A stretch of DNA of 32,000 nt from Delftia acidovorans NBRC 14950 (GCF_001598795.1 NZ_BCZP01000001.1:240001-272000), one strand, 5' to 3'; shown: positions 1 through 9,327, numbered from the stretch's first letter. Notes: a model not told the origin generated them from the letters alone. Numbers and translations are program-made.

Positions 1-1
1 C

Positions 2-1492
2 ATGTTCTACGCGATTCCGCTGGAGGACCGGCCCCGCTGGAGCAATCCGCCGTGGATGACGCTGCTGATCATCCTCGCGAACGTGCTGGTGTTCTTCGGG
101 CCGCAGCGTTCCGAGGAGCGCGCCCAGCAGGCGGCGGCGCAGTTCTATGCCGCCAGCGCGCTGCCGGGCATCGAGTTGCCGCGCTTCGTGGACTGGCTGG
201 AGCGCACGGATTCGCCGATGGCAAAGCAGGCAAAGGCGCTGCAGAAGAGGGGCCTGGTCGAGCCGCTGTTGCAGCGCATGGAGCGGGAGCCGAAATTCCT
301 GGCGCTGCTGCGCAGCGGGCAGATCGTGCCCGAAAGCGATCCCCTGCACGAGCGTTGGCAGACCGACCGCAGCCGCTACGAGGCGTTGCAGCCGGAACCT
401 TTCACCACGCGCTGGGCCAAAAACTATGCGCTGGACGCGCCGATGCGCCCGGTGACCTGGATCACCGCAGCGTTCCTGCATGTCGACACCAGCCACCTGG
501 TGGGCAATATGCTGTTTCTCTTCATGTTCGGCTTCTCGGTCGAGTTGATGCTGGGGCGCGGCACCTATCTGTTGTTTTATCTGCTGGGCGCCGTGGGTGG
601 CTCGGTGCTTTCGGGCTGGGCCTATGCAGGCACAGGCAGTTACGGCTTGGGCGCCTCGGGCGCCGTGGCCGCCCTGATGGGCATGTACGCCGTCATGTAC
701 CGGCTGCGGCGTGTCCGTTTCTTCTATCAGCTGTTTTTTTATTTCAACTACGTCACTGCGCCCGCCTTGATCCTGCTGCCAGCCTGGATCGCCAATGAAG
801 TGCTGCAGCATTTTTTCAGTGGCCAGAGCGCTGGCTACATGGCCCATCTGGGCGGTCTGCTGACGGGCGCAGCCCTGATGGCCCTGCATCTGCGCCGCAA
901 GCCACGGGCGGCGTTGGCGGGCCATCATTCGGCGCCGGACGATGGCTTCGACGCACATGTCGCCAACGCGCGACGCCTGGGCCAGGCGCTGGACATGGAG
1001 GGCGCCCTGCGCGCCTGGCGCGCCGCAGCCCAGCTGCGGCCTGCCGACGCCGAGGTGCTGCGCGCCTGGTTTGCCGCAGCCCGCTATGTGCCTGCCAGCG
1101 AGGACTTCCACCGTGCGGCCCGGCGCATCTTCAGGCTGCCGGCCCGTGATGCCGCCACCCTGGCCTGGCAGCACGACAGCTACCGCATCTACCTGGACCT
1201 GGCCCGCCCAGGCGCCAGGATCGCGCCCGAGGACATGGCCAGGCTGGTGCGCCGCTTCACGCGTGCCCGTGCGTTCGACGATGCCGAGAAGCTGTGCCAC
1301 GCGCTGCTGCAGGCAGCACCCGGCCAGCCGGGCCTGGGCGAGACGCTGTGCCTGCTGGTCAACGGCCTGCTGCAGCAGGGGCTGGCACAGCGCGCCCGCG
1401 CCTGGCTGCCACAACTGCAGCGCTGGGCGCCCGATGAGGCCGTGACCCGGCTGTTGCTCGACGGGCAGGCCCGGTCCCAGGCCACGGCGTGA
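2..1492 (+). CDS. Rhomboid-family intramembrane serine protease fused to a ~190-aa C-terminal TPR-like helical domain
   Basis: 496-aa ORF with a multi-TM core. Rhomboid motifs are present: HLVGNMLFLF (TM2 His/Asn), GASGAVAALMG (GxSG catalytic Ser) and AHLGGLLTG (catalytic His). The tail is rich in Ala, Arg and Leu and looks helical. The ATG at nt 2 touches the window edge, so the true start could lie upstream. Confidence 0.85.
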   Translation: MFYAIPLEDRPRWSNPPWMTLLIILANVLVFFGPQRSEERAQQAAAQFYAASALPGIELPRFVDWLERTDSPMAKQAKALQKRGLVEPLLQRMEREPKFLALLRSGQIVPESDPLHERWQTDRSRYEALQPEPFTTRWAKNYALDAPMRPVTWITAAFLHVDTSHLVGNMLFLFMFGFSVELMLGRGTYLLFYLLGAVGGSVLSGWAYAGTGSYGLGASGAVAALMGMYAVMYRLRRVRFFYQLFFYFNYVTAPALILLPAWIANEVLQHFFSGQSAGYMAHLGGLLTGAALMALHLRRKPRAALAGHHSAPDDGFDAHVANARRLGQALDMEGALRAWRAAAQLRPADAEVLRAWFAAARYVPASEDFHRAARRIFRLPARDAATLAWQHDSYRIYLDLARPGARIAPEDMARLVRRFTRARAFDDAEKLCHALLQAAPGQPGLGETLCLLVNGLLQQGLAQRARAWLPQLQRWAPDEAVTRLLLDGQARSQATA

Positions 1493-2818
1493 TCAGTGCG
1501 GGGCCGGGCGCGGGTCCGGTCCCTGTTCCGGTTCCGGGTCACGCAGCAGCCACCGCACCTCCTGCGTGGCCTCGCTGTCGGGATGGCGCGCCTGCAGCGT
1601 GGCCAGGATGCCCTGGGCCATGTCCCGGCGCCCGAAGCCCTGCAGCATCAGGCGCGCCGCCAGTTCATAGGCATGGGGCACGGCGGCATGGCCCTTGAAG
1701 CGTTTGTCGAAGCCCGAGATCAGGGTCAGCGTCGCCTGTGCATCGCCCGCGCGCCAGGTGCTGCGCGCCAGGGCCAGTGTCTGGTCGGCATCGTCCAGCG
1801 CAAAGCTCGCTTCCTTGGCGCGGCAGGCCTGGAACACCTTGAGCGCCTCGGCGGTCTGGCCCTGGCGCAGCAGCAGGGCGATGAAGCGCCGGCCGTGGTC
1901 CAGCAGCGTGGCCGTCTTGTCCGACAGCAGCAGCAAGCGGTGGTAGCGGCGCTGGGCATGCGTGTCGTCGGGGTGGGTACGCTGGTCCTCGTAGGCCAGG
2001 CCCAGCGCGGCGGCCAAGTCGCCAGCGGCCACGTGCTCGGCCACGTCCTCGTCCAGCTGCTGGCGGGCGATCTGTTCGGGCGTGCGCGCAGGCGCCCCGT
2101 CGGGCCCGCTGTCTGCCTGGGGCACGGCGTCGATGCCCAGAGCCTCATGGTGCTGGTACATCACATAGCCCAGCAGGCTGGCCATGACCCAGCCGAAATA
2201 GATCATGGCGAAGTTGAACAGCGGCAGCAGGATCAGCCCGCTGAACAGCGGCAGCAGCAGCGACATGGCGATCTGCGCACCGCTGCTCAACAGGAACAGA
2301 AAAAAGCACAGCAGCGCATAGGGCTTGCCGATGATGCGCACCGTGTCCAGGATCAGCAGCGGATTGAGTGCGGAGAAAAAGCCCGTCGTCTGCACCAGAA
2401 CGATGATGCTGGCCGGCAGCAAAAAGGACAGCAGCAGCAGGGCCAGCTGTGCCATGCCCAGACTCACCCGCGCACACCAGCCGACGATGATGCCGTGCAC
2501 CACCAAAATGGCGAACAGCTTCCAGGGCAGATGGGTCCAGTCCGGGTCCAGGTGGCGAGGATAGTCCGCAGCGCGCGATATGCCCTGCGAACCCAGCGCT
2601 GCCACCTTGAAACCATAGCGGCTGGCGGCCAGCAGGATACCGATCTGCACCAGCCCGATGGCCAGGGGTGCGGGCAGGAAGAACAGCGCCTTGAACAGCA
2701 GGCTGCCCAGCGACAGCAGCAGCGCATAGCCCAGCGGCTGTGACTGGAACGGAAAGGCGAAGAACTGGTTGATCCGGTGCCAGAACGGCTGAGGCACGGC
2801 AACGTGGTTCGGCTTCAT
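1493..2818 (-). CDS. Multi-pass membrane protein with a C-terminal TPR-like helical domain (family uncertain; N-terminus looks DUF4013-like by eye)
   Basis: From track ORF 1493..2917. I chose the ATG at 2818 (MKPNHVAV...) because a GGGAGAGAG Shine-Dalgarno-like run lies a few nt upstream. About 250 aa of repeated hydrophobic segments (FAFPFQSQPLGYALLLSLG..., LLLLSFLLPASIIVLV..., LLCFFLFLLSSG...) are followed by about 190 aa of helical repeat-like sequence. Confidence 0.75.
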   Translation of the reverse strand: MKPNHVAVPQPFWHRINQFFAFPFQSQPLGYALLLSLGSLLFKALFFLPAPLAIGLVQIGILLAASRYGFKVAALGSQGISRAADYPRHLDPDWTHLPWKLFAILVVHGIIVGWCARVSLGMAQLALLLLSFLLPASIIVLVQTTGFFSALNPLLILDTVRIIGKPYALLCFFLFLLSSGAQIAMSLLLPLFSGLILLPLFNFAMIYFGWVMASLLGYVMYQHHEALGIDAVPQADSGPDGAPARTPEQIARQQLDEDVAEHVAAGDLAAALGLAYEDQRTHPDDTHAQRRYHRLLLLSDKTATLLDHGRRFIALLLRQGQTAEALKVFQACRAKEASFALDDADQTLALARSTWRAGDAQATLTLISGFDKRFKGHAAVPHAYELAARLMLQGFGRRDMAQGILATLQARHPDSEATQEVRWLLRDPEPEQGPDPRPAPH

Positions 2819-2996
2819 GGACGGACTCTCTCCCTGTGTTGTATCCGCGCAGTATAGGCAGCACGCTGTATGTAGTCTGACGGGGCCTGTGGTGGGAGGT
2901 GAGCCCTGTGATTGCACGGATATGACGTGTTGATGCGCCGATGTCTTACAGATGGATACACCGCAGACCCGGTTCCGGGCACCCGCAGCAGGGCCT

Positions 2997-3054
2997 GCAG
3001 CGGATGCGGGCCGGTATCATCCCGCGCAGTGGTTTTCAGCCGCAGCGGATGCGG
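2997..3054. repeat. 13-nt perfect direct repeat GCAGCGGATGCGG (2997-3009 and 3042-3054), 45 bp apart, in the divergent intergenic region upstream of the A2M gene
   Basis: Read directly from the sequence. Additional ATGCGG cores occur near 3070 and 3154. Function is unknown; it could be a regulator binding site pair or a REP-like element. Confidence 0.8.
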
Positions 3055-3114
3055 CCCTGCATTCGGTGCATGCGGGCGACAGGCCTGCGCCTTGTTCCAG
3101 CCCTTGCCGCCGAG

Positions 3115-3138
3115 CCCTGCCTGCAGCGCAGGGTTTTT
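3115..3138 (+). terminator. Terminator-like hairpin about 100 nt upstream of the A2M start codon
   Basis: CCCTGC (3115-3120) pairs with GCAGGG (3128-3133) around a 7-nt loop, followed by TTTTT (3134-3138). The stem is short, so the call is weak. It could be an attenuator, the 3' end of a small RNA, or chance. Confidence 0.3.
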
Positions 3139-3238
3139 CATTTGCAGCGTGTCATGCGGACAGCTCGCATCGCAGTGCTGAAAGCCTGCTCATTCCAAGA
3201 AAACAGCGGGCCATCTGAGCCCGACAGAAGGGATTGCC

Positions 3239-6200
3239 ATGGGGGTGCTTCGCACGAAAGCGATCAGTGGGTTGCAGGGGGCTCCGGCGCACAGCCGGCC
3301 CTGGGGCCGGTGGGGTTTGGGCCTGCTGCTGGGATCGGCGGCGCTGACGGCGCAGGCCGTGGGCGTGCGCCAGTTCAGCCCGCAGGGAGAGGTGGCCAAG
3401 GTCGAGCAGGTGGTGGTGCAGTTCGATGGCACGGCTGTGCGCTTTGGCGACCCCAAGGCGGCCGCGCCGGTCACGCTCAGCTGCAGCGATGCGGCGGCCA
3501 CCCAGGGCACGGGCCGCTGGAACAGCGACCGGGAATGGGTGTTCGACTTCAAGCAGGCCCTGCCGCCCGGCGTGCGCTGCACGGCCCAGCTGGTGGCCGG
3601 CTACAAGTCGCCTGCGGGCACGGCCGTGACGGGCGCTGCCAGCTACCAGTTCCAGACCGGCGGCCCGGCCGTGCTGGACATGGCGCCCGACACCTATGAG
3701 CAGATCGACGAGGAGCAGTACTTCGCGCTGCGCCTGTCGGGCCCGGCCACCGTGCAAAGCCTGCAGCAGCACATGTGGTGCACGGCCGAAGGCGTGGGCG
3801 AGCGCATTCCCGTGCGCCTGATCGAAGGCAAGGAGCGCGACGAGCTGCTCAAGCACCGCGGCTGGGACAAGGCCGCCGCCAAGAACCCGCTGCAGTACGC
3901 CACGCTGGCCTGCAACCGCCGGCTGACGGCGGGCACGACCATGAAGCTGGTTTTTGGCGCCGGCATCGCCACGCCCAATGGCGTGGCCAGCCGCCAGGAC
4001 AAGCGCTTCGAGTACCGCGTGCGCGAACCCTTCGCGGCCGAGTTCAGTTGCGAGCGCGAGAACGCCCAGGCCGCCTGCCTGCCGATCCGCCCCATGCGCC
4101 TGAACTTCAATGCCCCCGTGCCGCGCAAGCTGGCCGAGGGCATTCGCCTGAGCAGCGGCGCCTCCAAGGTGGCGCCCGTGATCGACGGCGAATACGGCGA
4201 AAAGCTCGGCGAGGATTCGCTGGTGCAGAACCTGAGCTTCCCGGCCACCATGCAGGCCCAGGCGCGCTACACGGTGGAGCTGCCTCCGCAGTTCAAGGAC
4301 GCGGCAGGCCGCAGCCTGAGCAATGCCGACATGTTCCCGCTGCAGGTGGCCACGGGCGCGCTGCCGCCGCTGGCCAAGTTCGCGGCCTCGCCCTTCGGCA
4401 TCGTCGAGCGCTATGCCGAAGGACCGGACGGCCCGGCCCTGCTGCCCGTGACGCTGCGCAACGTGGAGTCCGAGCTGGCCACCAAGTCCCTGGACGCCAG
4501 TCGCGTGAGCACCAAGCAGCCCGGCAGCGATGCCGAGATCATCGCCTGGATGCGCCGCGTGGCCGACTACGAGTCCTCCGACATGGACCGCAAGCGCGCC
4601 TCGCGCGACATCAAGGGCCCGCTGCCGCCCGTGATCGACAACGAAAACCGCGACTATGTGCAGACGCGCATGCTGTCGCTGCTGGCCGGCCAGGGCGACG
4701 TCAAGACGCTGGAGCTGCCCAAGCCCGTCAAGGGCGATCCGCGCCCCTTCGAGGTGGTGGGCATTCCGCTCACGCCGGGCTTTCACGTGGTCGAGATCGC
4801 CTCGCCGCTGCTGGGCCAGTCGCTGCTCGATGAGCGCTACGGTTCGGCGCGCAGCATGTATGTGCGCACCTCCGCCCTGGTGACCAACCTGTCCGTGCAC
4901 TTCAAGCTCGGCCGCGAGAACGCGGCCGCCTGGGTGACCACGCTGGACAAGGGCCAGGCCGTGGCCAATGCCAAGATCCAGGTCTCCGACTGCAATGGCA
5001 AGGTGCTGACCTCGGCTACCACCGATGCCAGCGGCGTGGCCCGCCTGGAAGGCCTGTCGCCCGAGCCGCCCCAGTGCACGGGCGGTGTCGGCTACCGCTC
5101 GCCGGCCTACTTCGTCAGCGCACGCGCCCAGGGCAAGGACGGCCAGCAGGAGCTGGCCTTCACCTGGAGCGACTGGCAGCGCGGCATCGAGTCCTGGCGC
5201 TTCAACGTGCCCACCAGCCGCAGCGCCCAGCGCGACGAGGTGGCCCACACCATCTTCGACCGCACGCTGCTGCGCGCCGGCGAGACCGTGTCCATGAAGC
5301 ACCTGATGCGCACCCAGACCGGCATCGGCCAGGGGCAGGGCGGCTTTGCGCTGCCCGAGCAGCGGCCCACGCAACTGGTCATCACCCATGAAGGCAGCGG
5401 CCAGCAGTACACGCAGCCGCTGCAGTGGCGTTCCACGGGCACCGGCGGCCTGAGCGCCGAAAACAGCTTCTCCGTGCCCAAGGGCGCCAAGCTCGGTTCG
5501 TATTCCGTGGAGCTGCGCGGCGATGGCAATGGCTCGCGCGGGCGCAACAACCGCTTCGGCACGGGCAGTTTCCGTGTCGAGGAATTCCGCCTGCCCGTGC
5601 TCGAAGGCCGTGTGGGGCCCGAAGGCAAGCAGGCCCTGGTCGGCGTCTCCAGCCTGCCGGTGCAGGTGCAGGTGAACTACGTCTCCGGCGGCCCGGCCGC
5701 CAACCTGCCGGTGCGGGTGTCCGCCCTGGTGCGCTCCACCTGGATGGACCGCAGCGACTGGCAGGGCTTCAGCTTCTCTGCACCGCGCAGCGCCCAGGAC
5801 ACGGGCCAGAGCGATGACGAGGAGGCCACGGCCTCCCAGGACAGCAAGGTGGTGGCCGACAAGCTGCCCGTGACGCTGGACCGTGAAGGACTGGGCAAGC
5901 TCAAGATCGAGAACCTGCCCAAGCTGCGCGAGCCGCGCGAGCTGCTGATCGAGGCCACCTATGCCGATCCCAACGGCGAGGTGCAGACCCTGCGCAGCAC
6001 GCAGATGCTGTGGCCCGCGGCCATCGTGGCCGGCGTGCGCGCCGAAAGCTGGATCACCACGGGCCGCAAGCTGCAGTTCCAGGCGCTGGCCCTGGGCGTG
6101 GACGGCAAGCCCCAGGCCGGCGTGCCGGTCAAGGTGGAGGCCATCTCCCGCGTCACCACCAGCAGCCGCAAGCGCCTGGTGGGGGGCTTCTACAGCTACG

Positions 6201-9200
6201 ACAACCAGACCACGCTCAAGTCCATGGGCACGGTGTGCACGGGCAACAGCGATGCCCAGGGCATGGTGCAGTGCGAAGCCCAGCTGTCGCAGCCCGGCGA
6301 GGTGGAGCTGATCGTCACCGCCTCCGACAAGGATGGCCGGCCCGCCCAGGCCGCCTCCAGCGTCTGGGTCACGCGCCAGGGCGAACTGTGGTTCGGCGGC
6401 GAGGACCATGACCGCATGGACGTGCTGCCCGAAAAGCGCAGCTACGAGCCCGGCGAGACCGCGCGCTTCCAGGTGCGCATGCCCTTCCGCTATGCGACGG
6501 CCCTGGTCGCCGTGGAGCGCGAAGGCATCGTCAGCACCCAGGTCATGCAGCTCAATGGCCAGAACCCCACCGTGGAGCTGAAGGTCCAGCCCGACTGGGG
6601 CCCCAACGTCTACGTGAGCGTGCTGGCCCTGCGCGGGCGGCTGCGCGAGGTGCCCTGGTACAGCTTCTTCACCTGGGGCTTCAAGGCGCCGCGCGAATGG
6701 TGGAACGCCTTCTGGCACGAGGGCAAGGAGTACATCGCGCCCACGGCCCTGGTCGATCTGTCCAAGCCCGCCTATCGCCTGGGCATGGCCGAGATCCGCG
6801 TGGGCACCAAGGCCCATCGCATCGACGTCAAGGTCACGGCCGACCAGGCCAGCTACCAGGTGCGCGGCACCGCCAAGGTCACCATCAGCGCCACGCTGCC
6901 CGACGGCAAGCCCGCCGCTGGTGCCGAGGTGGCGCTGGCGGTCGTGGACCAGGCCCTGCTGGAACTCATGCCCAACACCAGCTGGCAGCTGGCCGACGCC
7001 ATGCTGCGCCGCCGCGAGTGGGGCGTGCAGACATCGACCGCGCAGATGGAGGTGATCGGCAGGCGCCACTACGGCCGCAAGGCCGTGGCCGCTGGCGGCG
7101 GCGGTGGCCGCAGCCAGACGCGCGAGCTGTTCGAGACGCTGCTGCTGTGGAATCCGAGCGTGGTGCTGGACGCCCAGGGCAAGGCCCAGGTCAGCGTGCC
7201 GCTCAACGACTCGCTGACTACCTTCCAGGTGGTGGCGGTGGCCGACCATGGCGTGTCGATGTTCGGCACGGGCCAGGCGCCCATCCGCACGGCCCAGGAC
7301 CTGCAGATCATCAGCGGCCTGCCGCCGCTGGTGCGCGAGGAGGACCAGTTCCGTGCCATGGTCACGCTGCGCAACACCTCGGCCAAGGCCATGAAGGTGC
7401 AGGTCACGCCGCGTGCCACGCTGCTGGAGCTGGCAGCGCAGACCGTGGAGATTCCCGCGGGCGAGGCGCGCGAGGTGGCCTGGAACGTCACGGCGCCGGC
7501 CCAGCTGGGCCAGACCCGCGCCGAGGCGCTGATCTGGGAGATCGAGGCCCGCGACACCGCAGGCGGTGACAAGCCGGCCAGCGACAGGCTGAAGGTCAGC
7601 CAGCGCATCATCCCGGCCGTGCCGCTGACGGTGCAGCAGGGCACGCTGATGCAGGTCGATGGCAGCATCAACCTGCCCGTGCAGCTGCCGGCCGATGCAC
7701 TGTCCGGCCGCGGCGGCCTGCGCATGTCGCTGGCGCCCAAGCTGGCCGAAGGCCTGCCCGGCGTGCGCGACTGGTGGGCGCGCTATCCCTACAGCTGCCT
7801 GGAGCAGGTCACCAGCAAGGCCGTGGGCATGAGCGACGCCACGCTGTGGCAGTCCACCATGGGCCAACTGCCCAGCTACCTGGACAGCGACGGCCTGGCC
7901 AGCTACTTCCCGCTGGCGGGCGACGGTTCGGGCCGTGCGGCCCGCGGCAGCGATACGCTGACGGCCCACCTGCTCAACCTCTCGGCCTTGGCACAGGGCG
8001 TGGACAAGCGCTTCGTGCTGCCGGCGGCCGAGCGCGAGCGCATGGAAAACGGCCTGATCGCCTTCGTCGAAGGCCGCATCCAGCGCAGCTTCTGGAGCCC
8101 GCGCAAGGATCTGGACATGCGCAAGCTGGCCGCCATCCAGGCGCTGGCGCTGACGGGCCGCGCCAATCCGCGCATGCTCGACAGCATCACCATCGCGCCC
8201 AACGACTGGCCCACGCATGCCGTCATCGACTGGGTGGCCCTGCTCAAGCACATGCGCGAGCTGCCCCAGCGCGAACAGCAGCTGGCCCAGGCCCAGCAGA
8301 TCCTGCGCGCCCGCCTGAGCTACCAGGGCACGCGCGTGGCCTTCAGCAATGAGCAGGACGACCAGTGGTGGTGGCTGATGCAGGGTCCCGAGGTCAACCT
8401 GGCCCGCCTGATGCTGGTCAACATGGACGACCCGACGTGGAAGGAAGAGCTGCCGCGCCTGGCCAACGGCTTCATCTCGCGCCAGAGCAACGGCGCCTGG
8501 GGCACGACCACGGCCAACCTGTGGGGCGCGCTGGCACTGCAGCGCTTCTCGCAGCAGTTCGAGGCCACGCCCGTGACGGGCGCCACCCAGGCGGCTTTGG
8601 GCGCGTCCCAGGCCCGCGTGGAGTGGAGCCAGGTCACGCGCATGCGCGCCAGCGACACCGAGGGCGCGGCGCACCAGGCGTCCAGCTTCGGCGCGACCAC
8701 GGTGGTCGGCGGCCTGCGCAACAACACCATGTTCCTGCCCTGGAGCGCGGTGGGTGATGCCCGCAAGGGCCAGCTGACGGTGACCCAGCAGGGTACCGGC
8801 AAGCCCTGGCTCACGCTGCAGTCTGTGGCGGCCGTGCAGCTCAAGGCGCCGTTCAGCGCCGGCTACACCGTCACGCGCACGGTCAAGCCCGTGGAGCAGG
8901 CCGACAAGAGCCTGCCCGCAGGCCAGTACTCGCGCGGCGACGTGCTGCGCGTGACGCTGGAGGTGCAGGCCCGCACCGACATGACCTGGGTGGCCATCAC
9001 CGACCCCGTGCCCACGGGCGCCACCATCCTGGGCGGCGGTCTGGGGCGCGACTCGGAGATCGCCTCGGGTGGCGAGCGCGCAGAAGGCGCGGGCTGGCTG
9101 GCTTATGAAGAGCGCAGCTTCGAGGCCTACCGCGCCTACTACCAGTACCTGCCCAAGGGCAATACGCGCGTGGAGTACACCGTGCGGCTGAACAATGCCG

Positions 9201-9301
9201 GCGACTTCGCGCTGCCGCCCACGCGGGTGGAGGCGCTGTATGCGCCCGAGATGTTCGGCGAGGTTCCCAACGCCCGCATCAAGGTGAGCGACAAGCGCTG
9301 A
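3239..9301 (+). CDS. Bacterial alpha-2-macroglobulin family protein, thioester-containing (YfhM/ECAM class)
   Basis: 2020-aa ORF with an AAGGGA Shine-Dalgarno-like run just upstream of the ATG. N-terminal signal peptide (...WGLGLLLGSAALTAQA/VG). Canonical thioester motif CLEQ within RYPYSCLEQVTSK. The size and long beta-rich repeated-domain character are typical of bacterial A2M. Confidence 0.95.
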   Translation: MGVLRTKAISGLQGAPAHSRPWGRWGLGLLLGSAALTAQAVGVRQFSPQGEVAKVEQVVVQFDGTAVRFGDPKAAAPVTLSCSDAAATQGTGRWNSDREWVFDFKQALPPGVRCTAQLVAGYKSPAGTAVTGAASYQFQTGGPAVLDMAPDTYEQIDEEQYFALRLSGPATVQSLQQHMWCTAEGVGERIPVRLIEGKERDELLKHRGWDKAAAKNPLQYATLACNRRLTAGTTMKLVFGAGIATPNGVASRQDKRFEYRVREPFAAEFSCERENAQAACLPIRPMRLNFNAPVPRKLAEGIRLSSGASKVAPVIDGEYGEKLGEDSLVQNLSFPATMQAQARYTVELPPQFKDAAGRSLSNADMFPLQVATGALPPLAKFAASPFGIVERYAEGPDGPALLPVTLRNVESELATKSLDASRVSTKQPGSDAEIIAWMRRVADYESSDMDRKRASRDIKGPLPPVIDNENRDYVQTRMLSLLAGQGDVKTLELPKPVKGDPRPFEVVGIPLTPGFHVVEIASPLLGQSLLDERYGSARSMYVRTSALVTNLSVHFKLGRENAAAWVTTLDKGQAVANAKIQVSDCNGKVLTSATTDASGVARLEGLSPEPPQCTGGVGYRSPAYFVSARAQGKDGQQELAFTWSDWQRGIESWRFNVPTSRSAQRDEVAHTIFDRTLLRAGETVSMKHLMRTQTGIGQGQGGFALPEQRPTQLVITHEGSGQQYTQPLQWRSTGTGGLSAENSFSVPKGAKLGSYSVELRGDGNGSRGRNNRFGTGSFRVEEFRLPVLEGRVGPEGKQALVGVSSLPVQVQVNYVSGGPAANLPVRVSALVRSTWMDRSDWQGFSFSAPRSAQDTGQSDDEEATASQDSKVVADKLPVTLDREGLGKLKIENLPKLREPRELLIEATYADPNGEVQTLRSTQMLWPAAIVAGVRAESWITTGRKLQFQALALGVDGKPQAGVPVKVEAISRVTTSSRKRLVGGFYSYDNQTTLKSMGTVCTGNSDAQGMVQCEAQLSQPGEVELIVTASDKDGRPAQAASSVWVTRQGELWFGGEDHDRMDVLPEKRSYEPGETARFQVRMPFRYATALVAVEREGIVSTQVMQLNGQNPTVELKVQPDWGPNVYVSVLALRGRLREVPWYSFFTWGFKAPREWWNAFWHEGKEYIAPTALVDLSKPAYRLGMAEIRVGTKAHRIDVKVTADQASYQVRGTAKVTISATLPDGKPAAGAEVALAVVDQALLELMPNTSWQLADAMLRRREWGVQTSTAQMEVIGRRHYGRKAVAAGGGGGRSQTRELFETLLLWNPSVVLDAQGKAQVSVPLNDSLTTFQVVAVADHGVSMFGTGQAPIRTAQDLQIISGLPPLVREEDQFRAMVTLRNTSAKAMKVQVTPRATLLELAAQTVEIPAGEAREVAWNVTAPAQLGQTRAEALIWEIEARDTAGGDKPASDRLKVSQRIIPAVPLTVQQGTLMQVDGSINLPVQLPADALSGRGGLRMSLAPKLAEGLPGVRDWWARYPYSCLEQVTSKAVGMSDATLWQSTMGQLPSYLDSDGLASYFPLAGDGSGRAARGSDTLTAHLLNLSALAQGVDKRFVLPAAERERMENGLIAFVEGRIQRSFWSPRKDLDMRKLAAIQALALTGRANPRMLDSITIAPNDWPTHAVIDWVALLKHMRELPQREQQLAQAQQILRARLSYQGTRVAFSNEQDDQWWWLMQGPEVNLARLMLVNMDDPTWKEELPRLANGFISRQSNGAWGTTTANLWGALALQRFSQQFEATPVTGATQAALGASQARVEWSQVTRMRASDTEGAAHQASSFGATTVVGGLRNNTMFLPWSAVGDARKGQLTVTQQGTGKPWLTLQSVAAVQLKAPFSAGYTVTRTVKPVEQADKSLPAGQYSRGDVLRVTLEVQARTDMTWVAITDPVPTGATILGGGLGRDSEIASGGERAEGAGWLAYEERSFEAYRAYYQYLPKGNTRVEYTVRLNNAGDFALPPTRVEALYAPEMFGEVPNARIKVSDKR
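7796..7807 (+). other. Thioester site codons (Cys-Leu-Glu-Gln) of the A2M protein
   Basis: TGC CTG GAG CAG is in frame with the 3239 start, making the Cys residue 1520 (context YPYSCLEQV). Confidence 0.85.
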
Positions 9302-9327
9302 TGCAGCGTTGATGGCGCCCTGACAAG

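Noticed and set aside
2815-3218. Small ORFs in the A2M upstream region (2815-3141 minus strand, 108 aa; 2912-3181 and 2952-3218 plus strand, ~88 aa) as hidden genes
   Set aside because: They overlap one another in different frames, lack a Shine-Dalgarno sequence, and translate to Arg/Pro/Ala/Cys-rich strings without hydrophobic cores or motifs. The region is better explained as non-coding regulatory or RNA sequence.
3152-8674. A 1840-aa stop-free ORF on the minus strand, antisense to almost the whole A2M gene
   Set aside because: Its translation is a low-complexity Ala/Gly/Arg/Leu/Gln/His-rich sequence with no recognisable motifs. The plus-strand frame, by contrast, carries a signal peptide, the CLEQ thioester motif and coherent domain-like sequence. 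Long antisense ORFs are expected opposite GC3-rich genes, so this is a shadow ORF.
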